Origin: Welwitschia mirabilis
Lineage: Eukaryota
Reading direction: 5' to 3'
Length of the DNA: 36,785 nucleotides
Assembly (NCBI GenBank): GCA_051453625.1
Contig: JBOZIK010000001.1
Location: 19,633,337 to 19,670,121, forward strand
In this document: piece by piece, positions 35,200 to 36,785 of the stretch
Layout of the letters: every line of letters starts with the position of its first letter
Position numbering within the stretch: position 1 is the stretch's first letter
Translations under genes and position numbers: made by a program
The notes under the pieces: generated by a model
The model's input: the letters and a program-made list of their open reading frames with translations, nothing else
The model's database searches: none
What the model was told of the DNA's origin: nothing

Positions 35200-36785
35200 T
35201 ATTATTTATGTGAAAAGGGCATTAACTAAGATCAATAACTCTTATAAATTCATTGAAATATTGGAGGTTTGGATGAAAGGGTTGGAGATAGTAACCAGTG
35301 ACTTTGAACGAATGATGGTTTTCTAAATTTTCTATTAGAAAAACCACAAGAGGTAATACTTGTTTTGAAAGTATGTAATCACCTACATACTATCTTATCA
35401 TGAAACAAATGCAGTTTATAGTTATACAATAAAACTAAATATCCTTCATCGAATCTTCTTCTAAGATATGTTAATCATGAAGCTTATTCGATTTGTTCTT
35501 TGTCAAGTTTCATGTTTTCATAAGTATCATTTCTAAGATCCTCTAACTCATTGAGTTGGATGTTTCTATGGTACTTGCCATGTTAAGGTCTAAATTCATA
35601 TGCTTAATGGAATAATAGGCTTGATCAAGTCCAATGGAGAGGTGAAAATCTTTGCCATATACTAGATAAAGGTTAACAATCCTAGTGGTGTTTTGTTAGT
35701 GGTTGTATATGCTCATAAGACATCATTAAGTTTTTTGAACCAATTTTTTCTAGTTGAACTTACTACTTTCTATAAGATTTGCTTTATTTTCCTATTAATA
35801 ACTTTAACTTACCCTATAGTTTGAGAATGATAAGATATAGCAATTTTATGAGAGATCCCATAGTTTACAAGATGCTTATTAAAACTCGTATTATAAAAGT
35901 ATGTCTCACCATTACTAATAAGGATTCTAGAATAATTCAAATATTGAAAAGATATGTTTCTTAAAGAATTTAACTTTAATTTGGACATCATTGTTCTTAT
36001 AAGCATAGGCTTCTACCTATCTAGTATATTGTCAACACAAACTAGCTTTTGACCATTTTCACAAGATTTGTAATAAAGATAAGAGTCTTTAAAGATTGAA
36101 GGTTAATAAAGTCCATACTGAAATATTTTCATAACTATTCTATTAATAGTGAAGTGTACTTCACAAGATTTGAAATGACAAAACTTAAGTACATCTCGAA
36201 TCTTATATTGTAATATGCATATCTTAATGATTTGATTATGATAATAATTAGAGAGACAAGGGTTATTCTAAGAGAAGGATTGGAATTTATTTAATAATTT
36301 CATATTATCATAAGAGGATCAATGAGAAGACATGATTTTAGAGACTAAGTAATTGGCAATATCAACAAATCATGGAGTTTTAAAAAGAAAGAAAAGATGA
36401 TCATCTAGAAAAAAATTCATTGATACTATCTAAGTCAATCAGAATGTTTTTAAGTAAATCTAGATAAATCATCAAGAACCATGTTATCAAATTCTTTCTT
36501 TTCTGTAATGTTCAAATGAAATTATTACAAGAGTAAAATCCATATAATAAGTTTAGGTTTGGAATATTTCTTAGCAAAAAATATCTATGGAATAAATAAT
36601 TTATGGAAATGATTACCTTAGATATAAGAAGGTATGACATAAAGTTTTTTAGATGAAAAACTATTGCAAGAAGTTATTTTTCAATAACTATGTAATTAAG
36701 TTATGTATAATTTAAGACGTTTCTTACATAGTAAATCACAGTAGGTTTATTCTTCAGTCTTTGTCATAGAATAGAACTACCGTGC
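35200..36785 (+). mobile_element. Very decayed Ty1/Copia pol remnant (tentative)
   Basis: Faint ordered shadows: F..(Y)S...(K)G..CF near 35320, SGC..(Y)K near 35700, FFLV (TFSPV-like) near 35745, KVCL near 35895, YQQI.G near 36360, IARS near 36665. Confidence 0.35.

Overview
AT-rich land-plant nuclear DNA with 7 N-gaps, made mostly of old transposon debris that has lost CpG and CHG sites. The only intact gene is a compact 6-exon histidine-phosphotransfer (AHP/HPt) gene on the minus strand (23713-24824, 155 aa), sitting in a CpG-retaining island. It resembles the AHP6/pseudo-HPt type but keeps the phospho-His and lacks the conserved Lys (HQFTGSS instead of HQxKGSS). The most unusual element is a near-complete decayed L1-type LINE (about 75-6660, minus). 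Its ORF2 runs APE-RT-zf-RVT and then, where many plant L1s carry an RNase H, continues into a plant-transposon accessory-like domain, an S/P-rich linker and a DnaJ J-domain (HPDKN), ending before the 3'UTR and A-tail. The rest is Gypsy, Copia and LINE remnants, an LTR insertion with a CCTAG target-site duplication, short tandem repeats, and diverged duplications flanking gaps. All domain calls come from manual translation and recalled motifs; no searches were run.
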